From the NCBI RefSeq assembly GCF_009914755.1, contig NC_060937.1: a stretch of DNA of 64,000 nucleotides; one strand, given 5' to 3'. The stretch's first letter is position 1; each line of letters starts with the position of its first letter. Below, one piece after another: positions 12,919 to 25,000 of this stretch. The position numbers and the translations under genes are program-made. The stretch is from the human T2T-CHM13v2.0 reference genome, Homo sapiens. The notes beneath the pieces were generated by a model, which was given only the letters and a program-made list of their open reading frames with translations, was not told the origin of the DNA and searched no databases.

Positions 12919-14786
12919 GGAAGATATTTCCTTTTTCACCGTAGGCGTCAAGGCGATCGAAATGTCCACTTCCACAAACTACAAAAAGAGTGTTTCAAAC
13001 CTGCTCTATGAAAGGCCATGTTCATCTCTATGAGTCGAATGGAAATATCCGAAAGAAATTTCTGGGAATGCTGCTGTCTAGTTTTTATACGAATTCCCGC
13101 TTCCAACGAAATCCTCAAAGCAATCCAAATATCCACTTGCAGAATCCACAAAAAGAGTGTTTCAAAACTGCTCTATCAATAGAAAGGTTCAACTCTTTTA
13201 GTTGAGTACACACATCACAAACAAGTTTCTGAGAATGCTTCTGTCTGGCTTTTATTGGAAGACGTTTCCTTTTCACCAAAGGCATCAAAGCGCTCCAAAT
13301 GTCCACTTCCAGATTCTTCCAAAAGAGTGTTTGAAACGTGCTCAAAGTAAGGGAATGTTCAACTCTGTGACTTGAATGCAGATATCACCAAGTAGTTTCT
13401 AATAGTGCTTCTGTCTAGATTTTAGATGATGATATTCCCGTTTCCAACGAAATCGTTAGAGCTATCCAAATATCCACTTACAGTTTCTACAAAAAGAGTG
13501 TTTCCAAACTGCTGCATCAAAAGAAAGGTTCAACTCTGTTAGTTGAGGACACACATCACAAAGAAGTTTGTGAGAATGCTTCTGTCTAGATTTTGTATGA
13601 CCATATTCCCTTTTCCAGCGATATCATTAAAGCAATCTAAATATCCATTTGCAGAATCCACAAAAATAGAGTTTCAAAGCTGCTCTGTAAAAAGAAAGGT
13701 TCCACTCTGTTAGCTGAGTACACACATCACAAACTTGTTTCTGAGAATCCTTCTGTCTCGTTTTTATGGGAAGATATTTACTTTTTCACCGTAGGCATCA
13801 AAGCGCTCCAAATGTCCACATCCAGATACTCCAGAAAGAGTGTTTCAAACCTGCTCTATGAAAGGGAATCTTCAACTCTATGAGTTGAATGCAGACATCA
13901 GAAAGAAATTTCTGAGAATGCTGCTGTCTACCTTTTATTTGAACTCCCGCTTCCAACGAAATCCTCCAAGCTATCCAAATATCCACTTGCATTTTCCACA
14001 AAAAGAGTGCTTCAAAACTGCTCTATCAATAAATGTTCAACTCCTTTAGCTGGGTGCACACATCACAAACAAGTTTCTGAGAATGCTTCTGTCTAGTTTT
14101 TATGGGAAGACATTCCCTTTTTCACCAAAGGCATCAAAGCGCTCCAAATGTCCACTTCCAGACACTACAAAAAGAGTGTTTCCAACGTGCTCTAAGAAAG
14201 CGAATGTTCAACTCTGTGACTTGAATGCAGATATCACAAAGTAGTTTCTGAGAGGGCTTCTGTCTAGATTTTAGATGATGATATTCCCGTTTCCAACGAA
14301 ATCATTAGAGCTATCCAAATATCCACTTACAGTTTCTACAAAAAGAGTGTTTCCAAACTGCTGCATCAAAAGAGAGGTTCCACTCTGTTAGCTGAGTACA
14401 CACATCACAAACTTGTTTCTCAGAATCCTTCTGTGTCGTTTTTATGGGAAGATATTTACTTTTTCACCGTAGGCATCAAAGCGCTCCAAATGTCCACATC
14501 CAGATACTCCAGAAAGAGTGTTTCAAACCTGCTCTATGAAAGGGAATCTTCAACTCTATGAGTTGAATGCAGACATCAGAAAGAAATTTCTGAGAATGCT
14601 GCTGTCTACCTTTTATTTGAATTCCCGCTTCCAACGAAATCCTCCAAGCTATCCAAATATCCACTTGCAGATTCCACAAAAAGAGTGTTTCAAAACTGCT
14701 CTCTATCAATGGCAAAGTTCAACTCTGTTAGTTGAGGACACATATCACCAACAAGTTTCTGAGAATGCTTCTGTCTATTTTTTATG
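12919..14786 (-). repeat. 11-mer variant B (1868 bp), unit 9
   Basis: Same B markers; anchor spacing 1868. Confidence 0.93.
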
Positions 14787-15976
14787 GGAAGATATTTCCT
14801 TTTTCACCGTAGGCGTCAAGGCGATCGAAATGTCCACTTCCACAAACTACAAAAAGAGTGTTTCAAACCTGCTCTATGAAAGGCCATGTTCATCTCTATG
14901 AGTCGAATGGAAATATCCGAAAGAAATTTCTGGGAATGCTGCTGTCTAGTTTTTATACGAATTCCCGCTTCCAACGAAATCCTCAAAGCAATCCAAATAT
15001 CCACTTGCAGAATCCACAAAAAGAGTGTTTCAAAACTGCTCTATCAATAGAAAGGTTCAACTCTTTTAGTTGAGTACACACATCACAAACAAGTTTCTGA
15101 GAATGCTTCTGTCTGGCTTTTATTGGAAGACGTTTCCTTTTCACCAAAGGCATCAAAGCGCTCCAAATGTCCACTTCCAGATTCTTCCAAAAGAGTGTTT
15201 GAAACGTGCTCAAAGTAAGGGAATGTTCAACTCTGTGACTTGAATGCAGATATCACCAAGTAGTTTCTAATAGTGCTTCTGTCTAGATTTTAGATGATGA
15301 TATTCCCGTTTCCAACGAAATCGTTAGAGCTATCCAAATATCCACTTACAGTTGCTACAAAAACAGTGTTTCCAAACTGCTGCATCAAAAGAAAGGTTCA
15401 ACTCTGTTAGTTGAGGACACACGTCACAAAGAAGTTTGTGAGAATGCTTCTGTCTAGATTTTGTATGACGATATTCCCTTTTCCAACGATATCGTTAAAG
15501 CAATCTAAATATCCATTTGCAGAATCCACAAAAATAGAGTTTCAAAGCTGCTCTGTAAAAAGAAAGGTTCCACTCTGTTAGCTGAGTACACACATCACAA
15601 ACTTGTTTCTCAGAATCCTTCTGTCTCGTTTTTCTGGGAAGATATTTACTTTTTCACCGTAGGCATCAAAGCGCTCCAAATGTCCACATCCAGATACTCC
15701 AGAAAGAGTGTTTCAAACCTGCTCTATGAAAGGGAATCTTCAACTCTATGAGTTGAATGCAGACATCAGAAAGAAATTTCTGAGAATGCTGCTGTCTACC
15801 TTTTATTTGAATTCCCGCTTCCAACGAAATCCTCCAAGCTATCCAAATATCCACTTGCAGATTCCACAAAAAGAGTGTTTCAAAACTGCTCTCTATCAAT
15901 GGCAAAGTTCAACTCTGTTAGTTGAGGACACATATCACCAACAAGTTTCTGAGAATGCTTCTGTCTATTTTTTATG
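14787..15976 (-). repeat. 7-mer HOR variant, unit 10
   Basis: Anchor spacing 14816 to 16006. Confidence 0.95.
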
Positions 15977-17846
15977 GGAAGATATTTCCTTTTTCACCGT
16001 AGGCGTCAAGGCGATCGAAATGTCCACTTCCACAAACTACAAAAAGAGTGTTTCAAACCTGCTCTATGAAAGGCCATGTTCATCTCTATGAGTCGAATGG
16101 AAATATCCGAAAGAAATTTCTGGGAATGCTGCTGTCTAGTTTTTATACGAATTCCCGCTTCCAACGAAATCCTCAAAGCAATCCAAATATCCACTTGCAG
16201 AATCCACAAAAAGAGTGTTTCAAAACTGCTCTATCAATAGAAAGGTTCAACTCTTTTAGTTGAGTACACACATCACAAACAAGTTTCTGAGAATGCTTCT
16301 GTCTGGCTTTTATTGGAAGACGTTTCCTTTTCACCAAAGGCATCAAAGCGCTCCAAATGTCCACTTCCAGATTCTTCCAAAAGAGTGTTTGAAACGTGCT
16401 CAAAGTAAGGGAATGTTCAACTCTGTGACTTGAATGCAGATATCACCAAGTAGTTTCTAATAGTGCTTCTGTCTAGATTTTAGATGATGATATTCCCGTT
16501 TCCAACGAAATCGTTAGAGCTATCCAAATATCCACTTACAGTTTCTACAAAAAGAGTGTTTCCAAACTGCTGCATCAAAAGAAAGGTTCAACTCTGTTAG
16601 TTGAGGACACACATCACAAAGAAGTTTGTGAGAATGCTTCTGTCTAGATTTTGTATGACCATATTCCCTTTTCCAGCGATATCATTAAAGCAATCTAAAT
16701 ATCCATTTGCAGAATCCACAAAAATAGAGTTTCAAAGCTGCTCTGTAAAAAGAAAGGTTCCACTCTGTTAGCTGAGTACACACATCACAAACTTGTTTCT
16801 GAGAATCCTTCTGTCTCGTTTTTATGGGAAGATATTTACTTTTTCACCGTAGGCATCAAAGCGCTCCAAATGTCCACATCCAGATACTCCAGAAAGAGTG
16901 TTTCAAACCTGCTCTATGAAAGGGAATCTTCAACTCTATGAGTTGAATGCAGACATCAGAAAGAAATTTCTGAGAATGCTGCTGTCTACCTTTTATTTGA
17001 ATTCCCGCTTCCAACGAAATCCTCCAAGCTATCCAAATATCCACCTGCATTTTCCACAAAAAGAGCGTTTCAAAACTGCTCTATCAATAGAAATGTTCAA
17101 CTCCTTTGGCTGGGTACACACATCACAAACAAGTTTCTGAGAATGCTTCTGTCTAGTTTTTATGGGAAGACATTCCCTTTTTCACCAAAGGCATCAAAGC
17201 GCTCCAAATGTCCACTTCCAGACACTACAAAAAGAGTGTTTCCAACGTGCTCTAAGAAAGCGAATGTTCAACTCTGTGACTTGAATGCAGATATCACAAA
17301 GTAGTTTCTGAGAGGGCTTCTGTCTAGATTTTAGATGATGATATTCCCGTTTCCAACGAAATCATTAGAGCTATCCAAATATCCACTTACAGTTTCTACA
17401 AAAAGAGTGTTTCCAAACTGCTGCATCAAAAGAGAGGTTCCACTCTGTTAGCTGAGTACACACATCACAAACTTGTTTCTCAGAATCCTTCTGTCTCGTT
17501 TTTCTGGGAAGATATTTACTTTTTCACCGTAGGCATCAAAGCGCTCCAAATGTCCACATCCAGATACTCCAGAAAGAGTGTTTCAAACCTGCTCTATGAA
17601 AGGGAATCTTCAACTCTATGAGTTGAATGCAGACATCAGAAAGAAATTTCTGAGAATGCTGCTGTCTACCTTTTATTTGAATTCCCGCTTCCAACGAAAT
17701 CCTCCAAGCTAACCAAATATCCACTTGCAGATTCCACAAAAAGAGTGTTTCAAAACTGCTCTCTATCAATGGCAAAGTTCAACTCTGTTAGTTGAGGACA
17801 CATATCACCAACAAGTTTCTGAGAATGCTTCTGTCTATTTTTTATG

Positions 17847-19036
17847 GGAAGATATTTCCTTTTTCACCGTAGGCGTCAAGGCGATCGAAATGTCCACTTC
17901 CACAAACTACAAAAAGAGTGTTTCAAACCTGCTCTATGAAAGGCCATGTTCATCTCTATGAGTCGAATGGAAATATCCGAAAGAAATTTCTGGGAATGCT
18001 GCTGTCTAGTTTTTATACGAATTCCCGCTTCCAACGAAATCCTCAAAGCAATCCAAATATCCACTTGCAGAATCCACAAAAAGAGTGTTTCAAAACTGCT
18101 CTATCAATAGAAAGGTTCAACTCTTTTAGTTGAGTACACACATCACAAACAAGTTTCTGAGAATGCTTCTGTCTGGCTTTTATTGGAAGACGTTTCCTTT
18201 TCACCAAAGGCATCAAAGCGCTCCAAATGTCCACTTCCAGATTCTTCCAAAAGAGTGTTTGAAACGTGCTCAAAGTAAGGGAATGTTCAACTCTGTGACT
18301 TGAATGCAGATATCACCAAGTAGTTTCTAATAGTGCTTCTGTCTAGATTTTAGATGATGATATTCCCGTTTCCAACGAAATCGTTAGAGCTATCCAAATA
18401 TCCACTTACAGTTGCTACAAAAAGAGTGTTTCCAAACTGCTGCATCAAAAGAAAGGTTCAACTCTGTTAGTTGAGGACACACATCACAAAGAAGTTTGTG
18501 AGAATGCTTCTGTCTAGATTTTGTATGACCATATTCCCTTTTCCAGCGATATCGTTAAAGCAATCTAAATATCCATTTGCAGAATCCACAAAAATAGAGT
18601 TTCAAAGCTGCTCTGTAAAAAGAAAGGTTCCACTCTGTTAGCTGAGTACACACATCACAAACTTGTTTCTGAGAATCCTTCTGTCTCGTTTTTCTGGGAA
18701 GATATTTACTTTTTCACCGTAGGCATCAAAGCGCTCCAAATGTCCACATCCAGATACTCCAGAAAGAGTGTTTCAAACCTGCTCTATGAAAGGGAATCTT
18801 CAACTCTATGAGTTGAATGCAGACATCAGAAAGAAATTTCTGAGAATGCTGCTGTCTACCTTTTATTTGAATTCCCGCTTCCAACGAAATCCTCCAAGCT
18901 ATCCAAATATCCACTTGCAGATTCCACAAAAAGAGTGTTTCAAAACTGCTCTCTATCAATGGCAAAGTTCAACTCTGTTAGTTGAGGACACATATCACCA
19001 ACAAGTTTCTGAGAATGCTTCTGTCTATTTTTTATG
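17847..19036 (-). repeat. 7-mer HOR variant, unit 12 (mosaic haplotype)
   Basis: Anchor spacing 17876 to 19066. Confidence 0.95.
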
Positions 19037-20906
19037 GGAAGATATTTCCTTTTTCACCGTAGGCGTCAAGGCGATCGAAATGTCCACTTCCACAAACTAC
19101 AAAAAGAGTGTTTCAAACCTGCTCTATGAAAGGCCATGTTCATCTCTATGAGTCGAATGGAAATATCCGAAAGAAATTTCTGGGAATGCTGCTGTCTAGT
19201 TTTTATACGAATTCCCGCTTCCAACGAAATCCTCAAAGCAATCCAAATATCCACTTGCAGAATCCACAAAAAGAGTGTTTCAAAACTGCTCTATCAATAG
19301 AAAGGTTCAACTCTTTTAGTTGAGTACACACATCACAAACAAGTTTCTGAGAATGCTTCTGTCTGGCTTTTATTGGAAGACGTTTCCTTTTCACCAAAGG
19401 CATCAAAGCGCTCCAAATGTCCACTTCCAGATTCTTCCAAAAGAGTGTTTGAAACGTGCTCAAAGTAAGGGAATGTTCAACTCTGTGACTTGAATGCAGA
19501 TATCACCAAGTAGTTTCTAATAGTGCTTCTGTCTAGATTTTAGATGATGATATTCCCGTTTCCAACGAAATCGTTAGAGCTATCCAAATATCCACTTACA
19601 GTTTCTACAAAAAGAGTGTTTCCAAACTGCTGCATCAAAAGAAAGGTTCAACTCTGTTAGTTGAGGACACACATCACAAAGAAGTTTGTGAGAATGCTTC
19701 TGTCTAGATTTTGTATGACCATATTCCCTTTTCCAGCGATATCATTAAAGCAATCTAAATATCCATTTGCAGAATCCACAAAAATAGAGTTTCAAAGCTG
19801 CTCTGTAAAAAGAAAGGTTCCACTCTGTTAGCTGAGTACACACATCACAAACTTGTTTCTGAGAATCCTTCTGTCTCGTTTTTATGGGAAGATATTTACT
19901 TTTTCACCGTAGGCATCAAAGCGCTCCAAATGTCCACATCCAGATACTCCAGAAAGAGTGTTTCAAACCTGCTCTATGAAAGGGAATCTTCAACTCTATG
20001 AGTTGAATGCAGACATCAGAAAGAAATTTCTGAGAATGCTGCTGTCTACCTTTTATTTGAATTCCCGCTTCCAACGAAATCCTCCAAGCTATCCAAATAT
20101 CCACCTGCATTTTCAACAAAAAGAGCGTTTCAAAACTGCTCTATCAATAGAAATGTTCAACTCCTTTGGCTGGGTACACACATCACAAACAAGTTTCTGA
20201 GAATGCTTCTGTCTAGTTTTTATGGGAAGACATTCCCTTTTTCACCAAAGGCATCAAAGCGCTCCAAATGTCCACTTCCAGACACTACAAAAAGAGTGTT
20301 TCCAACGTGCTCTAAGAAAGCGAATGTTCAACTCTGTGACTTGAATGCAGATATCACAAAGTAGTTTCTGAGAGGGCTTCTGTCTAGATTTTAGATGATG
20401 ATATTCCCGTTTCCAACGAAATCATTAGAGCTATCCAAATATCCACTTACAGTTTCTACAAAAAGAGTGTTTCCAAACTGCTGCATCAAAAGAGAGGTTC
20501 CACTCTGTTAGCTGAGTACACACATCACAAACTTGTTTCTCAGAATCCTTCTGTCTCGTTTTTCTGGGAAGATATTTACTTTTTCACCGTAGGCATCAAA
20601 GCGCTCCAAATGTCCACATCCAGATACTCCAGAAAGAGTGTTTCAAACCTGCTCTATGAAAGGGAATCTTCAACTCTATGAGTTGAATGCAGACATCAGA
20701 AAGAAATTTCTGAGAATGCTGCTGTCTACCTTTTATTTGAATTCCCGCTTCCAACGAAATCCTCCAAGCTATCCAAATATCCACTTGCAGATTCCACAAA
20801 AAGAGTGTTTCAAAACTGCTCTCTATCAATGGCAAAGTTCAACTCTGTTAGTTGAGGACACATATCACCAACAAGTTTCTGAGAATGCTTCTGTCTATTT
20901 TTTATG

Positions 20907-22096
20907 GGAAGATATTTCCTTTTTCACCGTAGGCGTCAAGGCGATCGAAATGTCCACTTCCACAAACTACAAAAAGAGTGTTTCAAACCTGCTCTATGAA
21001 AGGCCATGTTCATCTCTATGAGTCGAATGGAAATATCCGAAAGAAATTTCTGGGAATGCTGCTGTCTAGTTTTTATACGAATTCCCGCTTCCAACGAAAT
21101 CCTCAAAGCAATCCAAATATCCACTTGCAGAATCCACAAAAAGAGTGTTTCAAAACTGCTCTATCAATAGAAAGGTTCAACTCTTTTAGTTGAGTACACA
21201 CATCACAAACAAGTTTCTGAGAATGCTTCTGTCTGGCTTTTATTGGAAGACGTTTCCTTTTCACCAAAGGCATCAAAGCGCTCCAAATGTCCACTTCCAG
21301 ATTCTTCCAAAAGAGTGTTTGAAACGTGCTCAAAGTAAGGGAATGTTCAACTCTGTGACTTGAATGCAGATATCACCAAGTAGTTTCTAATAGTGCTTCT
21401 GTCTAGATTTTAGATGATGATATTCCCGTTTCCAACGAAATCGTTAGAGCTATCCAAATATCCACTTACAGTTTCTACAAAAAGAGTGTTTCCAAACTGC
21501 TGCATCAAAAGAAAGGTTCAACTCTGTTAGTTGAGGACACACATCACAAAGAAGTTTGTGAGAATGCTTCTGTCTAGATTTTGTATGACCATATTCCCTT
21601 TTCCAGCGATATCATTAAAGCAATCTAAATATCCATTTGCAGAATCCACAAAAATAGAGTTTCAAAGCTGCTCTGTAAAAAGAAAGGTTCCACTCTGTTA
21701 GCTGAGTACACACATCACAAACTTGTTTCTCAGAATCCTTCTGTCTCGTTTTTCTGGGAAGATATTTACTTTTTCACCGTAGGCATCAAAGCGCTCCAAA
21801 TGTCCACATCCAGATACTCCAGAAAGAGTGTTTCAAACCTGCTCTATGAAAGGGAATCTTCAACTCTATGAGTTGAATGCAGACATCAGAAAGAAATTTC
21901 TGAGAATGCTGCTGTCTACCTTTTATTTGAATTCCCGCTTCCAACGAAATCCTCCAAGCTATCCAAATATCCACTTGCAGATTCCACAAAAAGAGTGTTT
22001 CAAAACTGCTCTCTATCAATGGCAAAGTTCAACTCTGTTAGTTGAGGACACATATCACCAACAAGTTTCTGAGAATGCTTCTGTCTATTTTTTATG
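20907..22096 (-). repeat. 7-mer HOR variant, unit 14 (11-mer-type alleles)
   Basis: Anchor spacing 20936 to 22126. Confidence 0.95.
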
Positions 22097-25000
22097 GGAA
22101 GATATTTCCTTTTTCACCGTAGGCGTCAAGGCGATCGAAATGTCCACTTCCACAAACTACAAAAAGAGTGTTTCAAACCTGCTCTATGAAAGGCCATGTT
22201 CATCTCTATGAGTCGAATGGAAATATCCGAAAGAAATTTCTGGGAATGCTGCTGTCTAGTTTTTATACGAATTCCCGCTTCCAACGAAATCCTCAAAGCA
22301 ATCCAAATATCCACTTGCAGAATCCACAAAAAGAGTGTTTCAAAACTGCTCTATCAATAGAAAGGTTCAACTCTTTTAGTTGAGTACACACATCACAAAC
22401 AAGTTTCTGAGAATGCTTCTGTCTGGCTTTTATTGGAAGACGTTTCCTTTTCACCAAAGGCATCAAAGCGCTCCAAATGTCCACTTCCAGATTCTTCCAA
22501 AAGAGTGTTTGAAACGTGCTCAAAGTAAGGGAATGTTCAACTCTGTGACTTGAATGCAGATATCACCAAGTAGTTTCTAATAGTGCTTCTGTCTAGATTT
22601 TAGATGATGATATTCCCGTTTCCAACGAAATCGTTAGAGCTATCCAAATATCCACTTACAGTTTCTACAAAAAGAGTGTTTCCAAACTGCTGCATCAAAA
22701 GAAAGGTTCAACTCTGTTAGTTGAGGACACACATCACAAAGAAGTTTGTGAGAATGCTTCTGTCTAGATTTTGTATGACCATATTCCCTTTTCCAGCGAT
22801 ATCATTAAAGCAATCTAAATATCCATTTGCAGAATCCACAAAAATAGAGTTTCAAAGCTGCTCTGTAAAAAGAAAGGTTCCACTCTGTTAGCTGAGTACA
22901 CACATCACAAACTTGTTTCTGAGAATCCTTCTGTCTCGTTTTTATGGGAAGATATTTACTTTTTCACCGTAGGCATCAAAGCGCTCCAAATGTCCACATC
23001 CAGATACTCCAGAAAGAGTGTTTCAAACCTGCTCTATGAAAGGGAATCTTCAACTCTATGAGTTGAATGCAGACATCAGAAAGAAATTTCTGAGAATGCT
23101 GCTGTCTACCTTTTATTTGAATTCCCGCTTCCAACGAAATCCTCCAAGCTATCCAAATATCCACCTGCATTTTCCACAAAAAGAGCGTTTCAAAACTGCT
23201 CTATCAATAGAAATGTTCAACTCCTTTGGCTGGGTACACACATCACAAACAAGTTTCTGAGAATGCTTCTGTCTAGTTTTTATGGGAAGACATTCCCTTT
23301 TTCACCAAAGGCATCAAAGCGCTCCAAATGTCCACTTCCAGACACTACAAAAAGAGTGTTTCCAACGTGCTCTAAGAAAGCGAATGTTCAACTCTGTGAC
23401 TTGAATGCAGATATCACAAAGTAGTTTCTGAGAGGGCTTCTGTCTAGATTTTAGATGATGATATTCCCGTTTCCAACGAAATCATTAGAGCTATCCAAAT
23501 ATCCACTTACAGTTTCTACAAAAAGAGTGTTTCCAAACTGCTGCATCAAAAGAGAGGTTCCACTCTGTTAGCTGAGTACACACATCACAAACTTGTTTCT
23601 CAGAATCCTTCTGTCTCGTTTTTCTGGGAAGATATTTACTTTTTCACCGTAGGCATCAAAGCGCTCCAAATGTCCACATCCAGATACTCCAGAAAGAGTG
23701 TTTCAAACCTGCTCTATGAAAGGGAATCTTCAACTCTATGAGTTGAATGCAGACATCAGAAAGAAATTTCTGAGAATGCTGCTGTCTACCTTTTATTTGA
23801 ATTCCCGCTTCCAACGAAATCCTCCAAGCTATCCAAATATCCACTTGCAGATTCCACAAAAAGAGTGTTTCAAAACTGCTCTCTATCAATGGCAAAGTTC
23901 AACTCTGTTAGTTGAGGACACATATCACCAACAAGTTTCTGAGAATGCTTCTGTCTATTTTTTATGGGAAGATATTTCCTTTTTCACCGTAGGCGTCAAG
24001 GCGATCGAAATGTCCACTTCCACAAACTACAAAAAGAGTGTTTCAAACCTGCTCTATGAAAGGCCATGTTCATCTCTATGAGTCGAATGGAAATATCCGA
24101 AAGAAATTTCTGGGAATGCTGCTGTCTAGTTTTTATACGAATTCCCGCTTCCAACGAAATCCTCAAAGCAATCCAAATATCCACTTGCAGAATCCACAAA
24201 AAGAGTGTTTCAAAACTGCTCTATCAATAGAAAGGTTCAACTCTTTTAGTTGAGTACACACATCACAAACAAGTTTCTGAGAATGCTTCTGTCTGGCTTT
24301 TATTGGAAGACGTTTCCTTTTCACCAAAGGCATCAAAGCGCTCCAAATGTCCACTTCCAGATTCTTCCAAAAGAGTGTTTGAAACGTGCTCAAAGTAAGG
24401 GAATGTTCAACTCTGTGACTTGAATGCAGATATCACCAAGTAGTTTCTAATAGTGATTCTGTCTAGATTTTAGATGATGATATTCCCGTTTCCAACGAAA
24501 TCGTTAGAGCTATCCAAATATCCACTTACAGTTTCTACAAAAAGAGTGTTTCCAAACTGCTGCATCAAAAGAAAGGTTCAACTCTGTTAGTTGAGGACAC
24601 ACATCACAAAGAAGTTTGTGAGAATGCTTCTGTCTAGATTTTGTATGACCATATTCCCTTTTCCAGCGATATCATTAAAGCAATCTAAATATCCATTTGC
24701 AGAATCCACAAAAATAGAGTTTCAAAGCTGCTCTGTAAAAAGAAAGGTTCCACTCTGTTAGCTGAGTACACACATCACAAACTTGTTTCTGAGAATCCTT
24801 CTGTCTCGTTTTTATGGGAAGATATTTACTTTTTCACCGTAGGCATCAAAGCGCTCCAAATGTCCACATCCAGATACTCCAGAAAGAGTGTTTCAAACCT
24901 GCTCTATGAAAGGGAATCTTCAACTCTATGAGTTGAATGCAGACATCAGAAAGAAATTTCTGAGAATGCTGCTGTCTACCTTTTATTTGAATTCCCGCTT

